From: Lentisphaeria bacterium
GTDB lineage: Bacteria; Verrucomicrobiota; Lentisphaeria; JABSQK01; JAWLHB01
Assembly (NCBI GenBank): GCA_041690595.1
Contig: JAWLHB010000012.1
Span: 100,785 to 164,784 of the forward strand
Length of the DNA stretch: 64,000 nucleotides
Direction of reading: 5' to 3'
How positions within the stretch are numbered: position 1 is the first letter of the stretch; each line of letters opens with the position of its first letter. The notes below the pieces were generated by a model that saw nothing but the letters and a program-made list of their open reading frames with translations, searched no databases and was not told the DNA's origin. This document shows, piece by piece, positions 48,660-59,322 of the stretch. The translations under genes and the position numbers were made by a program.

Positions 48660-49754
48660 TCAGCGATAGGCTAACTCGGCTGAATCTTCGAGGTACTGCT
48701 TGATGGCTGCCGGCGGCACATTCCAGGGAATGTGATTGCCGATACACATCATGTAGCCACCGCACATGCGGCCGGTCTCCACCATGCCTTCCACCATGGC
48801 GCGGATCTCCGCGGGATTGTTGCGATAGAGGACGCGATTGTCCCCCTCGCCCGCCAGGACGATGTCTCCATGCTTACGGGCCATTGCCTTGAAGTTCGTA
48901 TACGGCTCGGTGATGATCCCTTCGGCACCGCAGGCGATGACTCTGTCCGCGCATGCATCCATGTTACCGTCGGCCATGAAGACCACCTTCTTGCCCGCGT
49001 CCCTCAGAATGGACCAGAACTCCTCGTAAGCCGGATAGATGTACTTGTTCATCCAGGCTGGCGAACAGACGGGGCCGCGGGTCGTGACGATGTCATCATG
49101 GCAGGTGACGAAGTTGACCGGGAGCCGTGCGAAGGTTCGGAAGACGCGGCGGTTCAGCTCGCGAAACTCGTTCATGACCCGTTCGAAGCGCGGGTCGAGG
49201 CAGGTTTCGAGGAAGAGATCCCAGCCGAAGGTCAGGAGGGGCCACATGAACATGGTGTTGTAGAAGCCGACGCCGGCGGCGGACTCCGGCGGCGCCGTAT
49301 CCCCCCACTCCGCGGGAAACCTGGAGCGGTACCACTGGTACAGGGCCTCTTCATCGCGATAGTCCTTGGCTTCGACGACGGGCATCTCGCGGAAATCCGC
49401 ATGTTCGAGCGGACTGAAGGCGAAGACGTCGGCGGCGGACTTGAAGTGGGCTTCGCCGTGCTCCCAGGTGCCGCTCTCACTGTCCCCCCAACGCACGGTG
49501 TGACGATCCTCATTGGAACTGGTCCCTTCGAGGGCCATGCTCGGCCGGGGCTTGGGTTCATCGGTGGCGGGAATGCCCAGGCGCAACTGAGGGTAGAGTT
49601 CCCTGAGCCGTTCTCGACAGAGTCGCGGATGATCGTAGTAGTCAATCCCCGTCAGGAAGCTTTCGGCATCCGGGCAAGACCAGTGCTCGAGGTGCACGAT
49701 ACGCTTCGGCCCCCGGCCCATATAGGTTTCGTAGACTGGATCCGTATTCCCCAT
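48660..49754 (-). CDS. Uroporphyrinogen decarboxylase (URO-D/MtaA-CmuA) superfamily protein
   Basis: HDDIV...PVCSP, FMADGN and GGYMMCIGNHIPWNVP. Confidence 0.8.
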   Translation of the reverse strand: MGNTDPVYETYMGRGPKRIVHLEHWSCPDAESFLTGIDYYDHPRLCRERLRELYPQLRLGIPATDEPKPRPSMALEGTSSNEDRHTVRWGDSESGTWEHGEAHFKSAADVFAFSPLEHADFREMPVVEAKDYRDEEALYQWYRSRFPAEWGDTAPPESAAGVGFYNTMFMWPLLTFGWDLFLETCLDPRFERVMNEFRELNRRVFRTFARLPVNFVTCHDDIVTTRGPVCSPAWMNKYIYPAYEEFWSILRDAGKKVVFMADGNMDACADRVIACGAEGIITEPYTNFKAMARKHGDIVLAGEGDNRVLYRNNPAEIRAMVEGMVETGRMCGGYMMCIGNHIPWNVPPAAIKQYLEDSAELAYR

Positions 49755-49788
49755 GATGAACTCCCCCACCCTGATGAAATGTTGAAAA

Positions 49789-50601
49789 CTACCCCTCGTC
49801 CCCATCCCGGTCCGTCCGCGGGACGCCCGGCGTGATGCCGCGCTTGCTGCCGCGCACGAAGTCGATGAAGGCGGTGATGGCCGGCTCCTCCGGATACTTC
49901 GCCGTCAACCTATCCAGCGCGGCGCTCTGGTTCAAGTCGCTGAAGAAATAGATCTTGACGGCATCCTTGATCGCCGTGCGCTGCGCCAGAGAATAGCCGG
50001 CGCGGCGAAGGCCCACCACGTTCGGGCCGTAGACGCCATGCTCGCGAACCATATCGCGGCCGACAATGACATAGGGCGCCGCATCCTGGTTGAGCTGCAC
50101 GGCGCCACTCACCATGGCGATCGTGCCGATGTGGACGAACTGATGAACACTGACGCGGGCACTGAGGAAGGCACGCTCGCCAATGTGCACATGGCCGGCC
50201 AGCAAGGTGTTGTTGGCGATGATGACGCGATCGGCAAGCTGGCAGTTGTGGGCGACGTGGACAAAGGCCATCAGCATGCAGTTGTTGCCGATGGTGGTGG
50301 CGCTCCCCTCCGTCGTTCCGCGGTGGATGGTGACGTACTCGCGGATGATGCAATCTTCACCGATCCGGCAGTACGTCTCGCGCTCCTGGAAGTCGTAGTC
50401 CTGCGGCAAGTCACCGACCACGGCGCCGTTGTGGATGGTGGTCCGCGCCCCGATCGTCGTGTAGCCGCTGATATGACAGTGGGGGCCGACGCGACAGCCG
50501 TCGCCGATCGTCACCTCGCCCTCGATGACGGTATAGGCCCCGACGCTGACCTCTTCGCCCAGGCGCACCTGTTCACCAATGACCGCTGTTGGATGGATCA
50601 T
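49789..50601 (-). CDS. lpxA: Acyl-ACP--UDP-N-acetylglucosamine O-acyltransferase
   Basis: IHPTAVI, hexapeptide repeats, IREYVTIHRGT, HVAHNC, VHQF and NVVGLRR. Confidence 0.95.
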   Translation of the reverse strand: MIHPTAVIGEQVRLGEEVSVGAYTVIEGEVTIGDGCRVGPHCHISGYTTIGARTTIHNGAVVGDLPQDYDFQERETYCRIGEDCIIREYVTIHRGTTEGSATTIGNNCMLMAFVHVAHNCQLADRVIIANNTLLAGHVHIGERAFLSARVSVHQFVHIGTIAMVSGAVQLNQDAAPYVIVGRDMVREHGVYGPNVVGLRRAGYSLAQRTAIKDAVKIYFFSDLNQSAALDRLTAKYPEEPAITAFIDFVRGSKRGITPGVPRTDRDGDEG

Positions 50602-50623
50602 CTTTTCCCCCGCTGCCTCCCTG

Positions 50624-53320
50624 TCATGCTCGTTTTGGCTCTTTCAGATCTTCCAGTGAAGGTGACGTATAGTCACACTTGGGATACTTCTCGCAGCCGT
50701 AGAAGACGCGTTTGCGATAGGTGCGCTTGATCAGCTCCGCCTCGTTGCATTGCGGGCATTTCACGCCCGTCTTCTCGGGCTTTGCCGGCAGAGCGTCGCT
50801 CAACTCCAGACTCTTGGCCCGCTGCTCGAAGTCGGGGATCTGGTCGGTATACTTGCCCAGGACCTTCTGCAGCGCCTGCCACTGGCGCTCGCTCAGTTGG
50901 CGCCCCTGCTTATGCTGCTGCCGCAGCGAGTCCATGAACTCCTTGTCATCGTACTTGCGCTTGCCGCGAGCCCGGGGCGGCTCCCAAGTCTTGATCTCGT
51001 CCATCATGCCGAAGACCTGATCGATCTTCTCCCGGGAGAGATCGACGGTTTCGGGCTCGGCCGGCATCTCGTCCATGCTGGCGCGCAACTCCTGGTAGTC
51101 CTCGAGTTGGTCCCGGTACTTGACGACCAGACGCATGAGCGCCTTGAGCTGCGGCGGCGTCAGCATGCGGCCGGAGTCCGTGCGTTCGCGCAGAGATTCC
51201 AGAAACTTTCGGTCGTCATAGGTGCGTTTGCCGCGGGTAACGGGCTCTTCCCACTTCTTGACCTTGTCGAGGGAGGCCATGAGGCGCAGGGTATCTTCGC
51301 GCGGCTCTTCGGCGTCGATCTGCTGACGCTGCTCCCGCATCGCGGCCAGCTTCTTGAGGATATCCTCATTGTCGCCGAAGAGTTGCTCCAACTCCGGGAA
51401 GCCCTGCTTCTCGTACTTGACGGCGAGCTGCAGAAGGGCATCCCACTGACGGCCGCTGAACTCCTTGCCTTCCGCGAGCTGCTCCTTGAAGGACTCGAAG
51501 AACTTCTTGTCGTCATAGGTGCGCTTGCCGCGCTTCGCGGGCTTCTCCCAGTCGATATTCTCCGGGAAGACCGCCAGCAACCTGGCTATCGTATCATTGC
51601 CGGGGCCGTCGAATTTCGCTTCGCCCAGCCAGTCGGAGAAGCGGCCGTAGAAGTCCTTGAGCATGTCGTGCCATTCGCGGGAGCCGCTCTCGACCTCGTC
51701 CAGCTCATTCTCCATGCGGGCGGTGAAGTCCACTTCGAAGAGCTTGGGCATGCGGCTGATCAGGTAGTCGTTGACCGTGAAGCCCAGCTGCGTGGGCACG
51801 AGCTTCCCCTGCTCCTTCTGCACGTAGGTGCGCTGCTGAATGGTGTTGACGATGCTGGCGTAGGTGGACGGGCGGCCGATGCCGTTCTTCTCCAGCTCGC
51901 GCACGAGCATCGCTTCCGAGAAGCGCGGGGGCGGCTCCGTGAACTTCTGCTGCCGATCGAGGCTACGCAGGGCGCACTCGTCAGCCTGAGACAGTTCCGG
52001 CAGCGTCGTCTCTTCCTCGTCCTCTTCCTCGACATCCTTGAGGTTGTAGACCTGCAGGAAGCCGGCAAACGTCGTCATCGTACTTGTGGCGCGGAAGAGA
52101 TACCGATGCTCGCAGCTTTCGGGCTTGCTGGTGATCTCGACCGTATAGCGCATCTGCTTTGCGGCCGCCATCTGGCTGGCGATGAAGCGGTTCCAGATGA
52201 GGCGGTAGAGCTTCTGCTGCGGCGGATCGAGAAACTTGGCCGCTCGCTCCGGGGTGATGCTCACATCGGTCGGACGAATCGCTTCATGCGCTTCCTGCGC
52301 GTTCCCGCGGGACCGGTAGGCGTTGGGCTTCTCCGGCACATACTCCTCGCCAAAGCTCTTCTTTATGAAGTCGCGGGCGTGCGATTGCGCTTCCTTGGAG
52401 ACGCTGACCGAGTCGGTACGCATGTAGGTGATGAGTCCCGAAGGCCCCCCGTCGGTATTGACACCTTCGTAGAGCTGCTGGGCGATGCGCATGGTGAAGT
52501 CGGGGCTGAAGCGCAGGTTCGAGCTGGCCGCCTGCTGCAGCGTACTGGTGATGAAGGGAGGCGCCGCCCGGCGCTGGCGCGGCGTCTTCTTGACGCTCCC
52601 GACATGGAAATCACCCTTCTCGACATCGGCGCCATACCGTTCGGCATCCGCCTGGTTGCCGATCTGCACCTTCTCCCCATCGATCTGGTGAAGACGAGCC
52701 TGGAAATCGGTGTCGCGGGCATTGAAGGTGGCGATCATGTTCCAGTATTCTTCCGGAACGAAGTTGCGCACCTCCGTCTCGCGCTCACAGATGAGGCGCA
52801 GGGCTACCGACTGGACGCGTCCGGCGCTGGTTCCCTTCTCTACTTTCTGCCAGAGCAGCGGGCTGACCTGGTAGCCCACAATGCGGTCGAGCATGCGCCG
52901 CGCCTGCTGCGCGTTCACCCGGTCCATATTCAGCTCGCCCGGATGGTCGAAAGCCTCCTGCACGGCACCCTTCGTGATCTCGTGAAAGGTGACCCGCTTG
53001 AACTCCGCCGCCTTGTTCTGCCCCTTGAGGATCTCGTAGATATGCCACGCGATCGCTTCTCCTTCGCGGTCAGGGTCAGTCGCCAGATAGACGGTCTTCG
53101 CCTTCTTGGTCGCGTCCTTCAGCTCCTGGATCACCTTCTTGCGGGAAGCGGTCACCTCGTACTTGGGGGCGAAATTGTTCTTGATGTCGACACCGAGCTG
53201 GCGCTCCGGCAGGTCGCGCACGTGGCCCATCGAGGCGGTCACCAGGTAATCCGAAGAGAGGATGCGACCGATGGTGCGGGCCTTGGCGGGCGATTCAACT
53301 ATGACTAAGTCCTTGCTCAT
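50624..53320 (-). CDS. topA: DNA topoisomerase I
   Basis: LVIVESPAKA, ATDPDREGEAI, SAGRVQS, LITYMRTDS and GIGRPSTYA. Confidence 0.97.
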   Translation of the reverse strand: MSKDLVIVESPAKARTIGRILSSDYLVTASMGHVRDLPERQLGVDIKNNFAPKYEVTASRKKVIQELKDATKKAKTVYLATDPDREGEAIAWHIYEILKGQNKAAEFKRVTFHEITKGAVQEAFDHPGELNMDRVNAQQARRMLDRIVGYQVSPLLWQKVEKGTSAGRVQSVALRLICERETEVRNFVPEEYWNMIATFNARDTDFQARLHQIDGEKVQIGNQADAERYGADVEKGDFHVGSVKKTPRQRRAAPPFITSTLQQAASSNLRFSPDFTMRIAQQLYEGVNTDGGPSGLITYMRTDSVSVSKEAQSHARDFIKKSFGEEYVPEKPNAYRSRGNAQEAHEAIRPTDVSITPERAAKFLDPPQQKLYRLIWNRFIASQMAAAKQMRYTVEITSKPESCEHRYLFRATSTMTTFAGFLQVYNLKDVEEEDEEETTLPELSQADECALRSLDRQQKFTEPPPRFSEAMLVRELEKNGIGRPSTYASIVNTIQQRTYVQKEQGKLVPTQLGFTVNDYLISRMPKLFEVDFTARMENELDEVESGSREWHDMLKDFYGRFSDWLGEAKFDGPGNDTIARLLAVFPENIDWEKPAKRGKRTYDDKKFFESFKEQLAEGKEFSGRQWDALLQLAVKYEKQGFPELEQLFGDNEDILKKLAAMREQRQQIDAEEPREDTLRLMASLDKVKKWEEPVTRGKRTYDDRKFLESLRERTDSGRMLTPPQLKALMRLVVKYRDQLEDYQELRASMDEMPAEPETVDLSREKIDQVFGMMDEIKTWEPPRARGKRKYDDKEFMDSLRQQHKQGRQLSERQWQALQKVLGKYTDQIPDFEQRAKSLELSDALPAKPEKTGVKCPQCNEAELIKRTYRKRVFYGCEKYPKCDYTSPSLEDLKEPKRA
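50840..51560 (-). repeat. Three ~50-aa coding repeats in the TopA C-terminus
   Basis: WE.P..RGKR.YDD..F..S.......G.......Q..AL......KY..Q occurs three times. Confidence 0.9.
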
Positions 53321-53434
53321 AAACCTATGCGTGGATTAAGATCGTGATTGCGGGCATGAAGGCGTTTCAAGCGAAACGCGGCGTCGCTGGCTATCTTCTG
53401 CCATGGTGCGACTGTCGGAGTGTTTTCCCCATTT

Positions 53435-54586
53435 TCAGGAGGTAGTATAAAGTGCATAATGGCGACCTGGCAACTGGCGCACGATTCTTTTCAGTTCGAG
53501 CATGGAGAGGGTCGCGAGGAGAGTCGGCAGGGAATCTCCCACTCCTTCGACCATCGCATCGAGCGGGCGTTCCCCATCACGCAAAAAGGCGACGATACGC
53601 GATTCCTGGGGGCTCAGTTCGGGCAGAGAGTCCCGTTGCGCGTCCAGCTCAAGCTCCTGCTGCCGGGGCTGGCTGGAGCCGCCATCAAAAAGGTCGAAGC
53701 CGGGCAGAAAGCAGAAATCTTCCATGATGTCGTCCAGGCTCTCTACCAGCTTGGCGCCATTCTTGATGAGACGGTTGCAGCCGCTGGACTGCGGCGCGTC
53801 GATACGTCCGGGGACCGCGTAGATGTTGCGTCCCTGCTCGAGCCCCTGCTGCGCCGTGATCAGCGCGCCGCTCTGCTCGCCCGCCTCCACCACCAGCACC
53901 GCCCGCGACATGCCCGCAATGATGCGGTTCCGCATCGGGAAGGTACGCTTGTCGGGCTTCATCAACATCGGCTGCTCCGTCACGACCGCGCCGCCGCTCT
54001 CGCTGATCGCCCGCGCCAGCTCCTTGTTCTCCGGCGGATAAAGCTGCGCCAGACCGCCTCCGAGAACCGCGATCGTGCAGCCACCGTTCTCCACCGTCGT
54101 CTGGTGAGCCACCGTGTCGATCCCCCGTGCCAGCCCCGAGATGACGATCCATCCGGCCTGCACGGCGGAGCGGACAAATCGCTGGGTGGTGCTGATACCG
54201 TAGTGCGTGTGGCGCCGCGATCCGACGATTCCCAGCCCCAGCTTGGCGGTGCGCTGAAGGGCGCTCAGGTTGCCGCTCACGTAGAGGGCCAGTGGCGGGT
54301 CGTGTATCTCCCGCAGCTCTTCGGGATAGGCGGGATCGTCGAGGCCGATCACCTGAGCGCCGGCCTGATCCGTCAAGCGCAATTCGCGGTCGAGATCGAT
54401 CTGCTGACGCCATCCCGCCAGCACCCCCGCCAGCTTCGCTCCGACCCCCGGCAGGCGGCTCAGCTCCTCGGCCGGACGCTCCAGGATCGCCTCCGGGCAA
54501 CCGTAAATCTGCACCAGATTCCGCACCCGCACCGCGCCGATGCCCGGGAGAAGATTCAAAATGATGTAAGCTTCTCCGCTAGTCAC
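53435..54586 (-). CDS. dprA: DNA-processing protein DprA
   Basis: DPPLALY, IVGSR, ISGLARGIDT, FPMRNRIIAG, SGALITA and C-terminal wHTH; GTG start. Confidence 0.95.
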   Translation of the reverse strand: MTSGEAYIILNLLPGIGAVRVRNLVQIYGCPEAILERPAEELSRLPGVGAKLAGVLAGWRQQIDLDRELRLTDQAGAQVIGLDDPAYPEELREIHDPPLALYVSGNLSALQRTAKLGLGIVGSRRHTHYGISTTQRFVRSAVQAGWIVISGLARGIDTVAHQTTVENGGCTIAVLGGGLAQLYPPENKELARAISESGGAVVTEQPMLMKPDKRTFPMRNRIIAGMSRAVLVVEAGEQSGALITAQQGLEQGRNIYAVPGRIDAPQSSGCNRLIKNGAKLVESLDDIMEDFCFLPGFDLFDGGSSQPRQQELELDAQRDSLPELSPQESRIVAFLRDGERPLDAMVEGVGDSLPTLLATLSMLELKRIVRQLPGRHYALYTTS

Positions 54587-55685
54587 AGCGCCCTCCGATC
54601 GCGCTGAGCACCTCGTCGTCCGGCACATCCTTCACCAGCTTGACCTCTCCCATCCGCGACGGCAGAATCAACCGGCTCTTTCCCTGCGCGTACTTCTTGT
54701 CCGTGCGCATTGCCGTCAGCACCTGCTCCGGGCTGTAATTCCCCCCCGTCGCCCGGATCGGCAGCCCCAGCGCCGCAAAGAGGGCGTCCTGACGCTCCCG
54801 CATCGTCTCGAGTTCCGCGGTCGCTCCGCGCAGGATGGCCAGATCCACCGCCATCCCCATGCCGATGGCGATCGCTTCGCCATGCGTCAGGGCGCTGTAC
54901 CCCGCGAGCATCTCCAGCGCGTGGCCGAAGGTGTGGCCATAGTTGAGGATCGCACGCCGGCCGGTCGTCTCCCGCTCATCCTCCAGAACAACCTGCGCCT
55001 TCAGCTCACAGCAGCGGCAGGTCACCTCCTCATAGAGGCCGCTATCCAGCCCCAGCAGACCCTCGACACGCGCTTCCAGAAAAGCGAAAAAGCCGGCATC
55101 CATGATGCAGCCATATTTCACCACTTCCGCCAGGCCGCAGCGCAACTGCCGCGGCGGCAGGCTCGCCAGGCTCTCCACGTCGACCAGCACCAGCTTCGGC
55201 TGATAGAAGGCGCCCACGAGGTTCTTCCCCTGGGGGAGATCCACCGCGGTCTTGCCACCCACCGAACTGTCCACCTGCGCCAGCAGCGTCGTCGGGATCT
55301 GCAGGTAATCTACGCCCCGCATGAACGTGGCCGCGAAGAAGCCCGCCGTGTCCCCCACGACGCCCCCTCCCAGCGCGATGACCAGAGAGCCGCGGTCGAT
55401 GCCATGCTCGATGCCGCCCGCATAGAGCGCCGCCAGCGTCTCGAGTGTCTTGTTCTGCTCGCCCGCGGGGAAGCTCACCGTCGCGACCTTCGCCGCGCCG
55501 GCGCTATTCAGCAACGCCTCGCAACGCGCCGCATACAACGGAGCCACGATGCTGTCCGTGATGATGAGGCAGTGGCGCCCACCTGCCAGTTGCCGCAGAT
55601 CCTCGCCAGGCTCACCGCTCGAGAAAGCCGGGGCAAAGAGAATATCATAGGGAGCATGAGATAATGGAACGGAAAGTCGTCGCAT
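54579..55685 (-). CDS. aroB: 3-dehydroquinate synthase
   Basis: ALGGGVVGD, PTTLLAQVDSSVGGKT, LNYGHTFGHALE and HGEAI. Confidence 0.97.
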   Translation of the reverse strand: MRRLSVPLSHAPYDILFAPAFSSGEPGEDLRQLAGGRHCLIITDSIVAPLYAARCEALLNSAGAAKVATVSFPAGEQNKTLETLAALYAGGIEHGIDRGSLVIALGGGVVGDTAGFFAATFMRGVDYLQIPTTLLAQVDSSVGGKTAVDLPQGKNLVGAFYQPKLVLVDVESLASLPPRQLRCGLAEVVKYGCIMDAGFFAFLEARVEGLLGLDSGLYEEVTCRCCELKAQVVLEDERETTGRRAILNYGHTFGHALEMLAGYSALTHGEAIAIGMGMAVDLAILRGATAELETMRERQDALFAALGLPIRATGGNYSPEQVLTAMRTDKKYAQGKSRLILPSRMGEVKLVKDVPDDEVLSAIGGRCD

Positions 55686-55874
55686 GCGCGCTCTCTGCAA
55701 GATGGCGGAAGTGGCCGTAATGCCCCTTCGTGCGCCTGTTGTCATGATGTGCCAGCCTCTGACTCACAATGCCTGGCTCGCAATTGGACGCTTACAATAA
55801 CAGCCATCCGCCCCTTGTCCACCCGCCGCCAGATTGCCGCCCCTTCGACGGCTCCCAAGGCCCTCCCACCGCGG

Positions 55875-57755
55875 TCAAGGGCTGGCCGGCTCGGGCGGCA
55901 CCCGCAGAAGCAGGTAAGGCTGACGCTGCCAGACGGCTTCGAGTTGCCCCCCGCGAGCTGCCTCTCCGATCACCGCCATCAAGCCATTCATGCGCTCGTT
56001 GTACCAGCTCAACTGGTCGGGATCGCGGAGCGGCAAGCCAACGAGCAGATAGTCGAACCGCTCCCTCCGCAGGTAGTCGGCAAGCTCTTTCGGCGAGTCG
56101 TCATGGAGTTCCGGCGGCGTCAGGTAAGCCCCCTGCATGAAGGGGGTGCCAAGCTCGACATGACGCTCGATGTACAGCGCGCGCTTCTCGATCAGGAGGA
56201 GGAGCCGGGCATCGGGCTCGGTGTGCAACCCGACGGCGTCGACCGCCGCCAGGTAGTCGTTCCCCACCCACGGCGCCACATACTCGCGCATGGAGGAACG
56301 CCCGGCAAGCACCGCCCACTGATCGCGGATGAGCCGCGGATCGCCCAGCCTGGAATCCCACAGGCCCACCGCCAACAGCAGAATCGTCGCGGCCAGCCGC
56401 CACCGTCCAGGCAGCTCATGCAGCGTCCACGCCGCCAGGACGTAGGCCACCACGACCGCCGGCAGGACAAACCGCGCCTGTTGCGCGCTCGCCAACCAGA
56501 GCAGGTAGCAGAGCATACCGCCAATGCCCCATCGCCACAGCAGCGGCCGGCGCGCCAGCGCCACCACCGCGGCCGCCAGTATCAGCAGCCACGGCCAGCC
56601 CAGCGCCCCATCGTAGCGACCACGCATCCACCCGAGATGAAGCGGCGACAGCACCACCTCCACCAGCGACTTCGCCCCGTATCGCGCCGTGGTCAGATGA
56701 TGGTGATACTCGCTGACCAGCACCGCCAGCCTATCCCCCGGCGTGAAGAGGCGGGCGTAGTAGGGATGAAGCGGGTTCCCCATCGCCAGGTAAGGCCGCG
56801 CATAGTAGCAGGCAACGATGGCCAGAAAGAGCGCCGCGCCCCCTGCCGCCAGACGCCAGGAGAGATGGCGGCGGCGATGCCAGAGCAGCGGCAGCAGAAG
56901 CGCGGGCAGCATGATCCCCGTCAGCTTGATGCCACAAGCGGCTCCACCCAGCAGCGCCCCCATCAGCACCGGCACCCGCACCTGCCGGGCCGCCGGGTAA
57001 TGGCGCAGCACGAGGAGCATTCCCAGCACGTTGAGCAGCAGGAATAGCTCCACATAGGTCTCGTAGACCAACGTCAGCGTCACGGTGCTGCAGGCGAAGA
57101 CCACCGCCAGCACCCCCGCGCTCCAGGGCCGGGCGAAGCGCCGCACCACCCGATACAGGGTCGCAATCGTCAGCAGCCAGACCAGGTAGTTCAGACTCCC
57201 CGGCGCGATCAGGTTACCGGCCCCCATGGCCAGCGTATAGAGCAGCTCCACACCGCTCGGCAGCCCAGAATACGGGTTGTCCGGATAGACCGCGATCTTG
57301 CCGTCCGCCAGCCATTGGGCAGGAACCGTCAGGTGATAGACCAACTCGTCCCACCCGATGGGTGCCGTCATCGCCTTGCCCAGCGGCAGCACCAGCAAGG
57401 GCAGAAAGAGCAGCAACCGCTTTCGCCGCCCCCACAGATGAACGGAGAGCGCGGTCAGCTCACGTCGACGCACCACCACGATAGCTACCGCCGCCAGCGT
57501 GCCCGCCATCAGGAGCGCCTGCAGCACCGGACGAGGAAGAAGCGCAACCTGGCCGATCGCCAACATCGCCAGCGAGAGCAGGTCCAGCCCCAGCAGCGCT
57601 GCCAGCAGGCTCGCATCGACCGGATGACGCCGAATCCTCAGCCGGCCAACGCGCAGCAGGATAACCCCAATCGCAAAGGCCGTGAAGAGCAGGGCCAAGG
57701 CCGTAAGCAGCCCCGTCAGCGATGCAGTGCGGTTCAGCATGAGAAGAGTGTTCAC
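55875..57755 (-). CDS. Polytopic membrane protein, probable GT-C fold glycosyltransferase
   Basis: More than 12 TM segments, loop motif PIGWDELVYHL, QQARF, soluble C-domain. Start uncertain. Confidence 0.65.
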   Translation of the reverse strand: MNTLLMLNRTASLTGLLTALALLFTAFAIGVILLRVGRLRIRRHPVDASLLAALLGLDLLSLAMLAIGQVALLPRPVLQALLMAGTLAAVAIVVVRRRELTALSVHLWGRRKRLLLFLPLLVLPLGKAMTAPIGWDELVYHLTVPAQWLADGKIAVYPDNPYSGLPSGVELLYTLAMGAGNLIAPGSLNYLVWLLTIATLYRVVRRFARPWSAGVLAVVFACSTVTLTLVYETYVELFLLLNVLGMLLVLRHYPAARQVRVPVLMGALLGGAACGIKLTGIMLPALLLPLLWHRRRHLSWRLAAGGAALFLAIVACYYARPYLAMGNPLHPYYARLFTPGDRLAVLVSEYHHHLTTARYGAKSLVEVVLSPLHLGWMRGRYDGALGWPWLLILAAAVVALARRPLLWRWGIGGMLCYLLWLASAQQARFVLPAVVVAYVLAAWTLHELPGRWRLAATILLLAVGLWDSRLGDPRLIRDQWAVLAGRSSMREYVAPWVGNDYLAAVDAVGLHTEPDARLLLLIEKRALYIERHVELGTPFMQGAYLTPPELHDDSPKELADYLRRERFDYLLVGLPLRDPDQLSWYNERMNGLMAVIGEAARGGQLEAVWQRQPYLLLRVPPEPASP

Positions 57756-57850
57756 CCGAGCCCCGGTTGGTCCTTGGCACTGTTTTGACTGTAGAGTGTA
57801 AACCAGACAGTAACCCGACAATGTGGCGTCGGCCACGGTTTCCTTCGCAA

Positions 57851-58552
57851 ATGCCCGTCCCTCCCCAAACTCCCCCGCCTCCCCCCGGATCTTCTCAGCG
57901 CAAGGCCGAACGCCTGCATCGCTGGATCGTCAACGCCATGCAGGTGACCATGGCGATCGGTCTCGTCGGCGCCTTGTATGAGGGGCAATGGCTGAATGCC
58001 TTCATGATCGCCTGTATCATGCTGCTCATGTTCCTGCCAACGACGCTCGGGCGGCGCTTCAGGGTCGAGATCCCCCCGGAGTTCGAGCTGATGGCCATCG
58101 TCTTCGTCTATGCCGCCCTCTTCCTTGGCGAAGTGCGCGGCTACTACACCCGCTTCTGGTGGTGGGATATCGCCCTCCACACCCTCTCCGGCCTCCTCCT
58201 CGGAATCTTCGGTTTCCTCCTCATCTATGTTCTCAACGCCGACGAACGCATCGACTTGCACATGCGTCCCCGCTTTGTCGCCCTGTTCGCCTTCGTCTTC
58301 GCCGTGGCCATGGGCGCCCTCTGGGAGATCTTCGAGTTCGCCATGGATCGGCTCCTCGGCACCAACATGCAGAAACCCATGCTCGGCGATCCTTCCGGCC
58401 TCACCGACACCATGTGGGACCTCATCGTCGATACCCTCGGCGCCGCCGTCGTCAGCCTGACCGCCCTCTGGTACATGCGCCGCCAGGTACCCTCCTTCAT
58501 CCACCTCTGGATCCAAAAATTCATCACCGCCAACCCCCGCCTCTTCCAATGA
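57851..58552 (+). CDS. Membrane protein (DUF2238-like)
   Basis: YYTRFWWWDIALHTLSG, ALWEIFEF and GLTDTMWDL. Confidence 0.75.
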   Translation: MPVPPQTPPPPPGSSQRKAERLHRWIVNAMQVTMAIGLVGALYEGQWLNAFMIACIMLLMFLPTTLGRRFRVEIPPEFELMAIVFVYAALFLGEVRGYYTRFWWWDIALHTLSGLLLGIFGFLLIYVLNADERIDLHMRPRFVALFAFVFAVAMGALWEIFEFAMDRLLGTNMQKPMLGDPSGLTDTMWDLIVDTLGAAVVSLTALWYMRRQVPSFIHLWIQKFITANPRLFQ

Positions 58553-58782
58553 CGCCATGAGCGAGTCGCTCCTCCGTGAGCCCCCCTTCCAGGCTCCATG
58601 AGCGGCGGAGCTGCCCCGGGAGCTGTCGAGGTGATCGACGAATCGAATCTTTTCTGAAGACACGTATGATCTGCCTCTATCACAACTCCACGGATCGCAC
58701 CTGTCATTCAGCAGCCGGAACCCTGAGGCGCCTCTGTGGTAGGTGGCTTCTCCTTTTCAATTAGGCTTGTCGCTGCGCGATG

Positions 58783-58850
58783 ATCAAGCCATCGATCGAT
58801 CACATCCGTTCCAATGCATCGCATCTCTGTAGTATAGACCGATGATAATT
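58783..58850. repeat. ~68-bp imperfect direct repeat, copy 1 (3' end of 58800 gene)
   Basis: atcaagccatcgatcgatcacatccgttccaatgcatcgcatctc...gatgataatt recurs at ~59860-59927. Confidence 0.9.
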
Positions 58851-59264
58851 GTCCAGCGATTCAGCGTGCGGAGATATCACAATAAACAGACTGGCATGTG
58901 GATCATAAAGAAATTGTCTGCCTGTAAACTCCCAGCCACGATCCGTAAAGAAATCGGCTACATCCTGACCGCTGGGACTTGCGCCATCAGGAAACTTGAA
59001 CGGGATGCGAATCACCACGTAATACTTTCGATCGCCGGTGTCATGATCCTTTACCAGCCCGTTAACCACCTGCACTTCTTCGTTGCTTAGTGATATGGGC
59101 TTAAGAAGACGTAAATGATCTGAATCAGTCAGCTTTGGACGGACGATTGCTGACTTATTATACAAATCACATGAAGCACCAAGAACAACACAGATTGCAG
59201 ATGGCACAATGATTGCCATCATGATGAGGATCTTTCCCCATCGTTTATGATGACTGGATTCCAT
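58800..59264 (-). CDS. Hypothetical exported protein or lipoprotein
   Basis: N-terminal hydrophobic stretch ending LGASC. Confidence 0.6.
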   Translation of the reverse strand: MESSHHKRWGKILIMMAIIVPSAICVVLGASCDLYNKSAIVRPKLTDSDHLRLLKPISLSNEEVQVVNGLVKDHDTGDRKYYVVIRIPFKFPDGASPSGQDVADFFTDRGWEFTGRQFLYDPHASLFIVISPHAESLDNYHRSILQRCDALERM

Positions 59265-59322
59265 TTCGTATACTTCGTCGCATCGCTTTGTTTTCATGAC
59301 TGGTCTTGCGGCCACCAGGAAC

